Of a DNA stretch of 64,000 bases, positions 38,206 to 49,095 are shown one piece after another (positions within the stretch are counted from its first letter, which is position 1; each line of letters starts with the position of its first letter). A program made the position numbers and the translations under genes. The DNA is from an uncultured virus (IMG/VR IMGVR_UViG_3300037488_001694) (lineage: Duplodnaviria; Heunggongvirae; Uroviricota; Caudoviricetes), in the IMG/VR virus record IMGVR_UViG_3300037488_001694; one strand, 5' to 3'. The notes under the pieces are model-generated. The model saw only the letters and a program-made list of their open reading frames with translations. It was not told the origin of the DNA and searched no databases.

Positions 38206-38952
38206 TTATTTTAACAATTCCTGAACCAATTGAAAGTAAACTTTCTTATATCTTTTGATTGAAGTTCTAATTTCTTTTGTACTTAAATTTGTCATTTCTC
38301 TTAATTCAAAAAGGATAACATTTTTGTTAAATTTATTATTACTTGTGTCTAAAAATATATCATTATAATTTTCAAATATATCATACAGGGCTTGACCTAA
38401 TTTAACTTCTTGTTCTGTGATTGCCTTTTCCCCCATTGAATCTTTCAGTTTTAACAAAAACTTTTTAATAATTTCTTCGGTTGTAAGACTATCATCATCA
38501 ATATGGTATATCATATCAGGACTATGTTGTAAATCAGCAGATATGTCCTCATAAGATATTTTTCTGTTAGTTTCTTTTTGATCTTTCATTATTTGACCCA
38601 TCAAATAATTTTTACAAATAGTACCAAAATAAGAATAAGCCTTCTTCTCTTTTGCCGGTTTAAACTTATCAATTTTTGTCATTAAAAATGAATGTGTATC
38701 TATATGAATCTCTTCAAAATTCATATCTTTTCTGTATAACTTATATCGTCTTATAATTGACGATATCATCTTGTCTAAGGGTATTTTCAAATAATTGTTA
38801 TATATTCTATTCTTCTCATCCATTGTGGTTGCGGTTAGATATTCTCTAACCGCATTTTCCTCAACTTCATCAAAATAATTATTTGATTTTGGTTTTCTAC
38901 CCTTCTTTTTCGATCCATCAATATTATCTAATGTGTTTTCATCTTCGGACAT
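38206..38952 (-). CDS. sigma-factor-like protein (T4 gp55-like late sigma)
   Basis: Region-2-like KIDKFKPAKEKKAYSYFGTICKNYL; N-terminal NYF motif. Confidence 0.65.
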   Translation of the reverse strand: MSEDENTLDNIDGSKKKGRKPKSNNYFDEVEENAVREYLTATTMDEKNRIYNNYLKIPLDKMISSIIRRYKLYRKDMNFEEIHIDTHSFLMTKIDKFKPAKEKKAYSYFGTICKNYLMGQIMKDQKETNRKISYEDISADLQHSPDMIYHIDDDSLTTEEIIKKFLLKLKDSMGEKAITEQEVKLGQALYDIFENYNDIFLDTSNNKFNKNVILFELREMTNLSTKEIRTSIKRYKKVYFQLVQELLK

Positions 38953-39758
38953 TAAATTTCTTGGGGTTCGTAATTTATTTCTCTTTGAGTGTTAAAGAAA
39001 TACTCTTTTTTTGCCGAGTCAATCCAAAACTTAACCTCATCTTCACTAAGACGATCATCCCCATTTTTATAATTCCAAAAGATAGACCCTTCACGTAAGT
39101 TACTATGCTTGTAACCAATTTTTGGTATGGTCATAAACTTAACTGAATTTTGTGTCATTCTTAATAGGAACTCATATCCAAACGTTAATTTAAAGTTACT
39201 TTTAATCATCCCGTTTTCAACAAAAAGATCTTTTCTAATAACCATTCCTGCAATTTGGAAATTTTGATAAGTATGTAATGTTTCGTTTGTTAATACTCCC
39301 ATTTCTTCAGAGATATTTGCTGCGAAAGTTGCTTCATTTGTAAACCCAACAAATACACCTTTATCATCAACATCAACAACGATAGGTAAAAACGCTCCGA
39401 CATTTGGATAGATGTCCATATAGTTTTTAACATTTTTAACCCAAATATTCGCATATTCATCATCAAATTCAAAAATAGAAACCCAATTAGATGTTGCTAA
39501 ACTAACTCCGTGATTAACTTGATCTGCAAAATTTGCTTCTTTTGTCCAAGATTCCAATTTAACATTTAAGTCGCCGAAGTCAAAATCTTTTAAAACTTTA
39601 GTTAATAAATTTTCATCTGTGTGTACGATAATTAATTCATCAAATTGTTCTTTTTGTACTTTAATAGATTCAATTGCTTTATTTAAATATTCCTCAAAGA
39701 AACCAGACACCGCCGATTTAATTGGTAAAATTACTGAGATTGTGTTCTTATTTTTCAT
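38952..39758 (-). CDS. glycosyltransferase family 2-like
   Basis: ISVILPI...AIESIKVQ...FEFDD GT-A pattern. Confidence 0.75.
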   Translation of the reverse strand: MKNKNTISVILPIKSAVSGFFEEYLNKAIESIKVQKEQFDELIIVHTDENLLTKVLKDFDFGDLNVKLESWTKEANFADQVNHGVSLATSNWVSIFEFDDEYANIWVKNVKNYMDIYPNVGAFLPIVVDVDDKGVFVGFTNEATFAANISEEMGVLTNETLHTYQNFQIAGMVIRKDLFVENGMIKSNFKLTFGYEFLLRMTQNSVKFMTIPKIGYKHSNLREGSIFWNYKNGDDRLSEDEVKFWIDSAKKEYFFNTQREINYEPQEI

Positions 39759-39759
39759 A

Positions 39760-40821
39760 TTATTCTATTGTTATAAATTTAGATAATTGGTCTTCAAAAT
39801 TTTCAAGACGAGTGTTTATCATGTCACTAAACGTTTTAATAACTTCTTCGTTAAACTTTGTTAAGTCAGTATAGTTAGAAATTGTTTTTTCCATTTCGGT
39901 ATATAATGCCGGATTTAAATTATCTTCTAACCAATTTTGGACAACGTCCGCAATAACATCAGTCAACATATTAGGGTTATTAATCCAAATTCCATTATCT
40001 TCGTTCATCCATTCCGGTACTAAATTAGGAACTAAACCAATTACAGGGATTCCCATTTTCATCGATTCCAATGGATATGTACCAAATCCACTTGTTGGAT
40101 CTACCCAAACCGACACAAAACTTTCATTCATTGCGTTTGCAAATTCACTTTCAGATAAACCTCTCATATCACGGAATGTAATCCATCTATATTGTGGGAA
40201 TTTTGAGTAAAATGTTTTAATTAAGTTAACGGTGTCTCTGTGTTCTCTGGTGTGAATTGAGATAATTGTTTTTGGTGGAAATTCTTGTTTTTTAAATACG
40301 TCTGAAATAACAGGTGCAATTACGCTAGATGAGATATTTCTCATAGCCGACCCAACATATTCTTTTTGTTTTTCAGAAGTTGTAATACATTTGTGGAAAC
40401 CTAATTGTGACCATGTTTGACCAGGTTGTAATGTTTCAAATATGTGATCATAAGCCTGACACAAAACAACTTTACCACAAGGTAATTTAGTAATTTGATC
40501 CATAACGAAACCAAAAATTTCAGGAATAACAATTAAGTCATCTGGCGAAATTTCTAAGTTACTTCCCTCAATTGCTTTATGTGGTAATTCTGTCATATAA
40601 GTGTCCCCTAACCAATCTGATACACCAAAATACTCAGGTTTCTCATGTAAAATAATCGGGTTGTATCCGTCTGATTTAAGAGCCATTGCCATTTGGTAAA
40701 TGTATCTAATGGATGCTTTCGCATTACCTTTGGTATCCTGTACCACAAAATAAATTCTTGAGGTTTTATCCTTCATATTTTGGATTGACCTCTCTAACTT
40801 TGTTATTTGTTCTTGATTCAT
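39760..40821 (-). CDS. glycosyltransferase (GT-B fold)
   Basis: GFGTYPLESMKMGIPVIG motif. Confidence 0.7.
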   Translation of the reverse strand: MNQEQITKLERSIQNMKDKTSRIYFVVQDTKGNAKASIRYIYQMAMALKSDGYNPIILHEKPEYFGVSDWLGDTYMTELPHKAIEGSNLEISPDDLIVIPEIFGFVMDQITKLPCGKVVLCQAYDHIFETLQPGQTWSQLGFHKCITTSEKQKEYVGSAMRNISSSVIAPVISDVFKKQEFPPKTIISIHTREHRDTVNLIKTFYSKFPQYRWITFRDMRGLSESEFANAMNESFVSVWVDPTSGFGTYPLESMKMGIPVIGLVPNLVPEWMNEDNGIWINNPNMLTDVIADVVQNWLEDNLNPALYTEMEKTISNYTDLTKFNEEVIKTFSDMINTRLENFEDQLSKFITIE

Positions 40822-40825
40822 GTGT

Positions 40826-41101
40826 TTATAATTTATTTATTATTTTTTTGAAAAGTAGTGTATTAAACGCAATTTTAAATGGTAAAGATGCTTCTGTTGA
40901 GTTCATACCTAATTTTTCATCTATCGTTTCATCTTCTGTCATTATGGTCTCAATTAAAAATTTAATTGTTTCATACTTAACAATATGGATGTGATTTTCA
41001 GTTTCACCCGTTGCCGTCACATCAGGGACAATTTTAGTATATTCTTCTATTACATCTAAATCAAGGTAATAGTGTTCTCCAAATACTTTAAACATTTTCA
41101 A
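40826..41101 (-). CDS. hypothetical protein
   Basis: 91-aa ORF. Confidence 0.65.
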   Translation of the reverse strand: MKMFKVFGEHYYLDLDVIEEYTKIVPDVTATGETENHIHIVKYETIKFLIETIMTEDETIDEKLGMNSTEASLPFKIAFNTLLFKKIINKL

Positions 41102-41741
41102 TAATTTTTGTTAATTTATCTTCAAATTCTGATAATGATTTAATTGTATATTCGGATTCAATATTTTTATTAAATTCTGTTTCGTATTTTATCACTATCT
41201 TATTAGAAGGTTTATTTAATAATAGGTCAGGATTAGCGGTAAGTAAAATGTCCACACTATTCCACATATCATTTTTTGTTACTTCACTATAAAAAAATAC
41301 TTTTTCAAGTAAACAACCAAATTTAGATAAGAAAAATAATGAAGATGGTTTTGATCTACCTATTTCGTCCGACACAATCATTAAATCGTACTTATCTCTT
41401 AGGTTGTGATAAATATCATTTAAAATATTAAAAGTCATCATTTCTGTAGATGGTGCGTGACCAAAAAGTTCCATTGTATATTCTTCATACATAAAACTAT
41501 ATAACTCATCTTTAGATGGAAAGGAAAAATGATCTAACAAATTTAACGATGTAACATCACTTAATTTTTCATATTTAAATGGATCGTCTAATAGTGCAAC
41601 CTCAGTATTGCCAGAAAGATCCATTAAGTACGTTGGGTTATTAGATTCAATTTCATCAATTAAATGTTTTTCGTAAAGTTGTGTGAACTTACCAATGGTA
41701 TCTCTTAACACACCATTAATCTCAATCCCTATTCTCATCAT
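41088..41741 (-). CDS. HAD/5'(3')-nucleotidase-like protein with degenerate motif I
   Basis: RIGIEINGVLRD in place of IDIDGVL. Confidence 0.55.
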   Translation of the reverse strand: MMRIGIEINGVLRDTIGKFTQLYEKHLIDEIESNNPTYLMDLSGNTEVALLDDPFKYEKLSDVTSLNLLDHFSFPSKDELYSFMYEEYTMELFGHAPSTEMMTFNILNDIYHNLRDKYDLMIVSDEIGRSKPSSLFFLSKFGCLLEKVFFYSEVTKNDMWNSVDILLTANPDLLLNKPSNKIVIKYETEFNKNIESEYTIKSLSEFEDKLTKIIENV

Positions 41742-42459
41742 ACTTACTAAGGATTTTACTAATTAATGGATTTCTTACGTTTTTGGCATCTCTAAAATCA
41801 TACACACCAATATCTCTAACATCTTTAAATCTTTGGATTGCATCATAAAGACCTGATTGTTTTTTGTCTTTATATCTATCAGTTTGTTCAAGGTCACCTG
41901 AGATAAAGAATTTACTGTTAAATCCAATTCTTGTTAACAAAAGTTTCATTTGATTGGGGGTTGAATTCTGAGCCTCCTCAAAAACTAATATTGAATTATC
42001 AATATTCATCCCTCTCATAAATGCTAATGCAAATACTTCAATAACTTCGGATTCTTTTAATTTTTCTCTAGCGTCTTTACCAATAATTTTATTTAATAAG
42101 TAATACGATGGAAAAATATAGGGGTCCAATTTTTCTTCAAGGTTACCGGGTAAAGAACCTAATTTTTCTTCGGCTTCAACTGCAGGACGTACAATGATAA
42201 TTTTCTCATATGAGTTATTTGGGTCCATAAGTAAATCCACCGCCGCTTTCATTGCAATATAACTTTTACCAACACCCGCAGGTCCTGATGCCACGGTTAT
42301 TTGATTATTTTTTAAAATGTTATAATACTCTTCTTGATGTTCAGATAAAAATTTATTTCTTTGTTTTTTCTTAATGACTGAATTAATGAAATCCTTTCTT
42401 GAAACCAATGGATTTGTTGTTTCTTCAGTTGTTGGTTGTGTTTTTTTTCTAACCGCCAT
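41722..42459 (-). CDS. phoH: PhoH-like ATPase
   Basis: GPAGVGKSY, RPAVEAEEKLGSLPG, MRGMN, EEAQN, GDLEQTD. Confidence 0.92.
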   Translation of the reverse strand: MAVRKKTQPTTEETTNPLVSRKDFINSVIKKKQRNKFLSEHQEEYYNILKNNQITVASGPAGVGKSYIAMKAAVDLLMDPNNSYEKIIIVRPAVEAEEKLGSLPGNLEEKLDPYIFPSYYLLNKIIGKDAREKLKESEVIEVFALAFMRGMNIDNSILVFEEAQNSTPNQMKLLLTRIGFNSKFFISGDLEQTDRYKDKKQSGLYDAIQRFKDVRDIGVYDFRDAKNVRNPLISKILSKYDENRD

Positions 42460-42552
42460 TTATTAGTTGTTAACTTGTTTAGTTTATTATAAGTTTAATA
42501 TTAATATTTATAATAAAAATATCAATATTACCCAATTAAAGGGTAATATAGT

Positions 42553-43473
42553 TTAATTGTGGTTTTTTCTTAATGATTGGTAATTAGATTCAAAATACTC
42601 AATAGTTTCTTTTAACCCTTCGTATATGGGGGTGAATTTAAAATTTGGTAAATAACTTTTTATTTTTGAATTATCACTTGGTTTTCTAAATTGGCCATCT
42701 GGTTTATTAGAATCAAAAATAACGTTACCTTTAAAATTCATTAATTCAGTAATCATACCGACAACATCTTTTATTGCAATTTCTTCCGATGTGGACAATA
42801 TTATTGGTTCACTTTCATTGTAATTATCTAAAACCCATTCTGTTAATTTAGCAACATCCTTACTAAAAATAAATTCCCTTAGAGGGTTACCTGAACCCCA
42901 TATTGTTAAATCCGTTTTATTTTCTCTTGCTAAAAAACATTTATGTATTAATGAAGGTAAAACATGACCATTAATTATATCATAGTTATCATTTGGTCCA
43001 TAAATATTTGATGGGATGACGGATTTATAATTAAGTCCATATTGTTCTCTATATGATCTAATTTGAATATCTGACATTCTTTTTGCATATGCGTAGGCAT
43101 CATTTGAGAAATGAGGTGGTCCCATATGTATTTTTTTTTCGGTTAATGGATACTCCACTTGATCTGGAAAAATACAAGTTGATAAAAATGCAACTAAATT
43201 TTTTACTCCTGATAATCTTGCCCCCTCGATGACATTTGTATTTATCATGATATTATCATAAAAGAATTCACCTTTATAATTCATATTACCACCAACACCA
43301 CCTACCTTTGCGGCACAATGAATGACATTATCAAAACCCTTTAACATTAATCCGTAAGTTTGATCTTTTTCCCTTAGGTCGTAATCTTTCGATGTCGGTT
43401 TAAAATAGTGATCACCTTTAAATTCTGATCCGACTAATCCATTACCTCCCGTAACTAATATTTTATTTTTCAT
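42553..43473 (-). CDS. fcl: GDP-L-fucose synthase
   Basis: TGGNGLVG, AAKVGGVGGN, YAYAKR, NIYGPNDN, KPDGQFRK. Confidence 0.92.
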   Translation of the reverse strand: MKNKILVTGGNGLVGSEFKGDHYFKPTSKDYDLREKDQTYGLMLKGFDNVIHCAAKVGGVGGNMNYKGEFFYDNIMINTNVIEGARLSGVKNLVAFLSTCIFPDQVEYPLTEKKIHMGPPHFSNDAYAYAKRMSDIQIRSYREQYGLNYKSVIPSNIYGPNDNYDIINGHVLPSLIHKCFLARENKTDLTIWGSGNPLREFIFSKDVAKLTEWVLDNYNESEPIILSTSEEIAIKDVVGMITELMNFKGNVIFDSNKPDGQFRKPSDNSKIKSYLPNFKFTPIYEGLKETIEYFESNYQSLRKNHN

Positions 43474-44330
43474 AAATTTTCCTTTATTATTTCGATTAAT
43501 TGATTTGCCCTATTTTTATAGGTGTGATTATTTAAAACATTATTATATCCATTTTCCGCAATTCTAAAAATTTCTGATTCGTTATTTTTTAAAAATTCTA
43601 ATTTTTCATATAACTCATCATCATTCTTATAAATTACAATATCCTCCATATCTGTGAAGAACTTACTAATATTTTCTGTGTCATTAGTTATTAACATGGT
43701 TTTGGTTCCCATAGTTTCAAATACCCTATAATTAATATCATTTTTTAATGTTTTATTGAAGTGTATTTTATATGTGTTTATTGCCTCCACCATACTTCTT
43801 CCTAATTTCCAAATGTCTGTACGTAAGTCAAATTTACTTTCTAACTTATGTAAATAATTTGTTCTATTAAGTAATGACCCACAAAACCCGATAAAATGTT
43901 CTTTAGGTATTTCTGGTATTGGGTAAATTAATTCTGATGGATATGCGTTTGGAAAATAATAAGTTTTAACATTTTTGAAATGTATTTGATCCGATTCAAT
44001 TGCATTTAAAACGATATTAACTCCGTATTTTGAAACATTCCGTTTGTGCTGTTCTAAAATCATATGTGAGTCAATACTCCAAAACAGTTTTAATTTATTA
44101 ATATGTGATAAGTTTGGTACCCACCCTATTTGATCATAATTTTCTAAAATTAATATTGCATCCGAATTATTTATAATGTTGTTTATATCTTCATTAAAAT
44201 TATCGTGACCTAATCCCCACACCACACATTCGTGACCTAATGAAATTAATCCTCGTTGAATATTATAACACTCCCTAAAATCTCTATTTTCATCGTGCCT
44301 ACCGTTTTCTTGTATTACTAATATTTTCAT
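43470..44330 (-). CDS. glycosyltransferase (CgeB-like GT-B)
   Basis: NYRVFETMG...IAENGY..VLNNHTYKNRA. Confidence 0.75.
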   Translation of the reverse strand: MKILVIQENGRHDENRDFRECYNIQRGLISLGHECVVWGLGHDNFNEDINNIINNSDAILILENYDQIGWVPNLSHINKLKLFWSIDSHMILEQHKRNVSKYGVNIVLNAIESDQIHFKNVKTYYFPNAYPSELIYPIPEIPKEHFIGFCGSLLNRTNYLHKLESKFDLRTDIWKLGRSMVEAINTYKIHFNKTLKNDINYRVFETMGTKTMLITNDTENISKFFTDMEDIVIYKNDDELYEKLEFLKNNESEIFRIAENGYNNVLNNHTYKNRANQLIEIIKENL

Positions 44331-44332
44331 TT

Positions 44333-45310
44333 TTATTTTTTATAATAATTTATCCAATACTCTATCATCTCATCTAACATAGATTCAAAAGTATATTTTG
44401 GGTCCCAATTTAAACTTACTTTTAATTTTGTTGAATCCCCTTTTAAATTTTCTAATTCTTCAGGTCTAAAATGTTTTTCATCAACTACAACATAATCCAA
44501 ATAATTTAATCCCAATGAATTAAATGTATAATTACAAAGGTCCTTAACTGAATGTGAAACTCCGGTAGAACATACATAATCTTCAGGATTATCCGTTTGT
44601 AACATTAACCACATTGCATAAACATAATCTTTAGCGTGTCCCCAATCTCTGGTTGCTGATAAATTACCAATATGTATTTTGTCTTGTAACCCTAAACTAA
44701 TTCTAACTGCAGCCTTAACAACTTTATTAGTAACAAAATTTGTCCCACGTCTTGGTGATTCATGATTAAATAAGATTCCGTTCCATATTTTCATACCATA
44801 GGCATTTCTATAATTTCTACAAATATTATATGAAAATACTTTTGCGCATCCATAAGGAGAAACCGGATTCATTGGTGTGGACTCTCTTTGGTACCCATCT
44901 TCATCAATTGAATTACCGAACATTTCAGATGATGATGCTTGATATACTTTAGAATGTGGGGATACCATTCTTACTGCCTCTAACAGGTTTAAGGTACCTA
45001 CCCCCGTTACATTTGCGGTATAAATTGGTTGATCAAAACTAATTCTAACGTGTGATTGTGCTGCTAAATTATAAACCTCATCAGGTTGTATTTTAGATAA
45101 TACTCTTACTAATGATGCCATATCTGTTAAATCAGCGTATTCTAAATTTATCAAATCTTTATCTCGTAAATGATCTATACGAGTCGTCTGAGTTTCAGAA
45201 ACAGAATTTCTTTTCACAATCCCCCAAACTTCATATCCTTTCTCTACCAATAGTTCAGATAAATATGAACCATCTTGTCCGTTAATTCCTGTTATAAGTG
45301 CTTTTTTCAT
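44333..45310 (-). CDS. gmd: GDP-mannose 4,6-dehydratase
   Basis: ITGINGQDGSYL, NLAAQSHV, QASSSEMFG, SPYGCAK, FNHESPRRG. Confidence 0.95.
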   Translation of the reverse strand: MKKALITGINGQDGSYLSELLVEKGYEVWGIVKRNSVSETQTTRIDHLRDKDLINLEYADLTDMASLVRVLSKIQPDEVYNLAAQSHVRISFDQPIYTANVTGVGTLNLLEAVRMVSPHSKVYQASSSEMFGNSIDEDGYQRESTPMNPVSPYGCAKVFSYNICRNYRNAYGMKIWNGILFNHESPRRGTNFVTNKVVKAAVRISLGLQDKIHIGNLSATRDWGHAKDYVYAMWLMLQTDNPEDYVCSTGVSHSVKDLCNYTFNSLGLNYLDYVVVDEKHFRPEELENLKGDSTKLKVSLNWDPKYTFESMLDEMIEYWINYYKK

Positions 45311-45873
45311 AAAATTGAATGTAATTTTTTTAATAGTGGTATTCTTTCCATTTTATCTTCGTCTTGGAAAACGATTTCTATGTTATGTTTTTTAAAAAGG
45401 TCCATATCTAAATAATTTTTACCACTAATACCTGAGACATATTTTGTTCCACCGTTTATTTTACATAACTCTACTAATCTTTCTGTGGACGTATAATTTG
45501 TTGGGGTATCCATTATAATCTCACAATTAATTTTTAGTAATTCCGCCGATTTCTTTATTATTTTAAAATTGGTATCGGTTAAATCTTCAGAAATACAATC
45601 ATCAAAATAAGATAAAATATCTTTATAATTACTTAAATTGGATTTTAGTTTAGACCAATCATTAAAAGGTTTAACATATTTTTTTTCATTAATATTAACT
45701 AACCCTTTAAACGTACTCATCGTGTACCAATTACTATCAAGATTAAATCTATTTTGAAACCCATTCTTTTCAAATTGACAATTACTTAAAATAATAAACT
45801 TATCCGACATTTCCATTTTTTGGAAGAACGGATACCAAGGAAAAAAATTTGGTTGATGTATCGATACTATCAT
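45307..45873 (-). CDS. WbqC-like protein
   Basis: IHQPNFFPW...QNR...YVSGISGKNYL. Confidence 0.8.
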   Translation of the reverse strand: MIVSIHQPNFFPWYPFFQKMEMSDKFIILSNCQFEKNGFQNRFNLDSNWYTMSTFKGLVNINEKKYVKPFNDWSKLKSNLSNYKDILSYFDDCISEDLTDTNFKIIKKSAELLKINCEIIMDTPTNYTSTERLVELCKINGGTKYVSGISGKNYLDMDLFKKHNIEIVFQDEDKMERIPLLKKLHSIL

Positions 45874-45885
45874 AATTTATTAATT

Positions 45886-46446
45886 TTAATCAAACCACTT
45901 TTTAAAATTATCGAATGTAAATTCCCTTGCGTGTAAATACCATCTGTCATGAGATTCGTTAAATTTATTATGTTCCATACTTAACCATCCATCTTCAAAT
46001 TTTATTAATTCAATGCCATGTTCTTTACATATTTCATCAGTGTCTTTATTCCACTTATTAAATGGTGGAATAAATATTTTTGATTTCACTAACGACGCAC
46101 TTATTAGAATACTCATTTCTTGCGCAGGTTTTGGTAGTAATCTATGATCAACGTGTACCAATCCGTGAGCAGCTAACGTTGCTCTTGTGTTGAGATCCGG
46201 AACTCCTGCTAAATCAACATCATAATATTTACGATAATCTGAATGTGCGTTTAGAATTTTTGGGAATATCCTTTGTCTTGTTACCTCATTCTTTTCTTCA
46301 CTCATATCATGAACTAAAGGGGAAACCCCCCATAAAACAACACAAGTAGGAAAACGATCAAATAAAAAATTTGTCATATCGTTTATTAAGTTCATGTCTG
46401 CGTTAATACAGACATCGTCAAATCTAAAAATTTTTTTAATTTTCAT
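45886..46446 (-). CDS. polysaccharide deacetylase-like protein
   Basis: FRFDD, HGLVH, FIPPFN motifs. Confidence 0.6.
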   Translation of the reverse strand: MKIKKIFRFDDVCINADMNLINDMTNFLFDRFPTCVVLWGVSPLVHDMSEEKNEVTRQRIFPKILNAHSDYRKYYDVDLAGVPDLNTRATLAAHGLVHVDHRLLPKPAQEMSILISASLVKSKIFIPPFNKWNKDTDEICKEHGIELIKFEDGWLSMEHNKFNESHDRWYLHAREFTFDNFKKWFD

Positions 46447-47782
46447 ATAATTCTTTTTTTATTAAAAATACTTTAGCCCTTACGGGTATTTCCTCATAAT
46501 GTAATATAATATAATCATTATTTGTAGTCAAAAATTCATCAATTGCTAATGGGACTTGAGATTCCTTAGTATTTCTTGTGAAATCATCAACACAAATAAT
46601 ATTACAATTAAGTTTTTTCATTAAATTTAAATCGGATATTACCGCATCTTTATATTGTAACCCATCAACAAATGAAAAAGATATTGGAAGATGATTAATT
46701 AAATCATCATATATATCATCGTCCATTGATGATTTTTTCACTAATTTTAAATTGTTATAATTTTTAACTTTATCATTAAAAATTTTATATGGGTAGGGTT
46801 TACCGTATGTTTCAGGCATATCATCCCAACCATCCTCAAAAGGATCAATTACAATAACGTCATGACCATAACTTTTTGTTATTTCTAAAAACTCTTTGGT
46901 GGAATCTCCATTACCTGCACCAATTTCAATAATATTACCTTTAAAGAAATTTAAACATTCGTTTGCGATTGAAAACATATCTTTTTTTTTGGTGGAGAAT
47001 TTTTTAGTGGATATTGAGTTTAAAAACATTTCAATTTCATGTATTTTATCTTTATAGGTGTTATATGGTCTTAATAAATTTGCTTCAATATAATTAAAAG
47101 AATAAAGACGATCTTTATCTATACCCCACCAACTTCTATCAATCCATTGTTCTTTTATATTAATGTTTCTTAGGTGATTTTGTCTCTCCACATTATTTCT
47201 TTCAAATAAAACTCTTATTAAAGATTCATCCGAAAAGTTATTACTTAATAATGATTCTTTATTATCATATACGTTATTTATATTAGAAAGATCAGTAATT
47301 AAATCTCCATATGAAAGATTATTTGGGTTAAATAATTTTTTAAATAATTTACCTTCAGATGTAATATGATGTGCAGGAAATTTACCACTATGAGGAGTTC
47401 CATAGTATACTTCAGACCCAACGCAAAGAATTTTATTTAATTCTCTATTTGATGTAATAAAATTTAAATATTCAGATTGTAATGGAATTGTATCCATATC
47501 AGTTATTACACACACCTCATCTTTAAATTCTGAAGCGCAGATATATCTCAATACTTTCGCCTGATTTCCTTCAGGAATATTAGGGATTGGTTTATATAAT
47601 CTGACATCAATTCCATGACTTTTCATTTCAAGAATTAATTCGTCATTTTCGTCTCTATCCGTTAAAAAGGCAATTGTTAGAATTTTATCGGGGAAAAAAA
47701 TTCTATGTGACATTATTTGGATTTTCCAAAAATCTAAATATGTACTATCTTCATTTGTACTTGTAATTATTCTATTAAACAT
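46436..47782 (-). CDS. glycosyltransferase-like / SAM methyltransferase fusion
   Basis: N-terminal TDMD (DxD); C-terminal IIEIGAGNG...IDPF...FVDG...VDD. Confidence 0.65.
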   Translation of the reverse strand: MFNRIITSTNEDSTYLDFWKIQIMSHRIFFPDKILTIAFLTDRDENDELILEMKSHGIDVRLYKPIPNIPEGNQAKVLRYICASEFKDEVCVITDMDTIPLQSEYLNFITSNRELNKILCVGSEVYYGTPHSGKFPAHHITSEGKLFKKLFNPNNLSYGDLITDLSNINNVYDNKESLLSNNFSDESLIRVLFERNNVERQNHLRNINIKEQWIDRSWWGIDKDRLYSFNYIEANLLRPYNTYKDKIHEIEMFLNSISTKKFSTKKKDMFSIANECLNFFKGNIIEIGAGNGDSTKEFLEITKSYGHDVIVIDPFEDGWDDMPETYGKPYPYKIFNDKVKNYNNLKLVKKSSMDDDIYDDLINHLPISFSFVDGLQYKDAVISDLNLMKKLNCNIICVDDFTRNTKESQVPLAIDEFLTTNNDYIILHYEEIPVRAKVFLIKKELYEN

Positions 47783-47786
47783 TTTT

Positions 47787-48437
47787 TTATTTTAATAAGT
47801 TTATATGTTCTGGATGTAAAAATTCATCATCTTTATTAAATGCTTGACCAACAAATAAGTTAGATGGTCGTTTATTTGGGAATGGATTACGTTCAAAAAA
47901 TTCATCATGTACGAAAGAATTATTTTTAACTATTGGGTAAATCATATCTTTTAAAAAATTCTGATCCACTTGCCAAAAGTTACCTTTTACATAATCATTA
48001 ATCATTTTTTTTATATCCCCAACAGTTCCTTTTTTTGAACCCCACATACCACCTAGTATTGCTGTATTATGCCAAGGGTGATCTCTCATTATATGAAAAC
48101 CTTTATCCGAATTTAACCATTCATCAACCGCATCTTTTTCTCTTTGATTTAATCTTGAATCACAATCTCTTACAATAACAACATCAATATCGTTTTCACC
48201 AGCAGGATAGAATCTCCAAAACATACCGGTCCAGTCCCCATCAACACCCATGTTAATAACTTCAACATTATCAAATGAAATTAATTTATCTATAATGCTT
48301 TGAGGTGTTGATGTACCAATATAATATCTACAAATCCAATCTGGGTATATTTCTTTCGATAATTCCGCGTTTCTAATTGCTCCTTGAGTATATGTGGGGT
48401 TATCTCCCCATAAACTAAATGATATTAACTTTTTCAT
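47787..48437 (-). CDS. glycosyltransferase-like protein
   Basis: SFSLWG...MFWRF...RDCDSR...MRDHP...GGMWG...DQNFL. Confidence 0.6.
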   Translation of the reverse strand: MKKLISFSLWGDNPTYTQGAIRNAELSKEIYPDWICRYYIGTSTPQSIIDKLISFDNVEVINMGVDGDWTGMFWRFYPAGENDIDVVIVRDCDSRLNQREKDAVDEWLNSDKGFHIMRDHPWHNTAILGGMWGSKKGTVGDIKKMINDYVKGNFWQVDQNFLKDMIYPIVKNNSFVHDEFFERNPFPNKRPSNLFVGQAFNKDDEFLHPEHINLLK

Positions 48438-49093
48438 AAATCAAAATTTTTAGATTTACGAGTTAAAAATATATTTTTATCGTGATTATTAAATGTGGAA
48501 TTTAAACTATATAAATGATCCCTACCACCAAACCCCCAATCAGGGTGTTCGTGATGAATAATAACTTGATCAATAAATGTTTGCTTTTTGAGGATATTAC
48601 CAACTTGCGTAAATTCGTTATCACACCAAAAAGATTTATAACTAGGGTGATAAATATAACCAAATCTATCGTAGTATTTTTTACCCATGATTGTCAATGT
48701 ATTTAAATCTTTTCTATTACCATCGTGAAACCATAGGATACCATCGGTGTCCGGATATAATTCCTCCATTTTATTTCTTATTATGTCATCATAACCTTTA
48801 ACCTTTGGTATCATGTCATCTGATGCAACAATTAATATATCCCAATCTGAGTTCGGGACATTTCTATTTATTGCGTGTATTTTATTTTCACTCATCCCCA
48901 TATCAACTATAATATTTTTATATGTTTTAAGTTTTTCTAACACATCATGATTATTCATGAATAAATCGTCCTCATCGATTGTTATTTGAAACTTAATATT
49001 ATTAACATCGTTACATAGGTTATAATAAAGGTCTAATACTTTAAAAAATTTTTCTCTTCTCCCTTTGGTTGGGAATTTAATTAGTATATTCAT
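48434..49093 (-). CDS. GT-A glycosyltransferase
   Basis: PTKGR, ASDDM, YKSFWCDNE, HEHP. Confidence 0.7.
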   Translation of the reverse strand: MNILIKFPTKGRREKFFKVLDLYYNLCNDVNNIKFQITIDEDDLFMNNHDVLEKLKTYKNIIVDMGMSENKIHAINRNVPNSDWDILIVASDDMIPKVKGYDDIIRNKMEELYPDTDGILWFHDGNRKDLNTLTIMGKKYYDRFGYIYHPSYKSFWCDNEFTQVGNILKKQTFIDQVIIHHEHPDWGFGGRDHLYSLNSTFNNHDKNIFLTRKSKNFDL

Positions 49094-49095
49094 AT

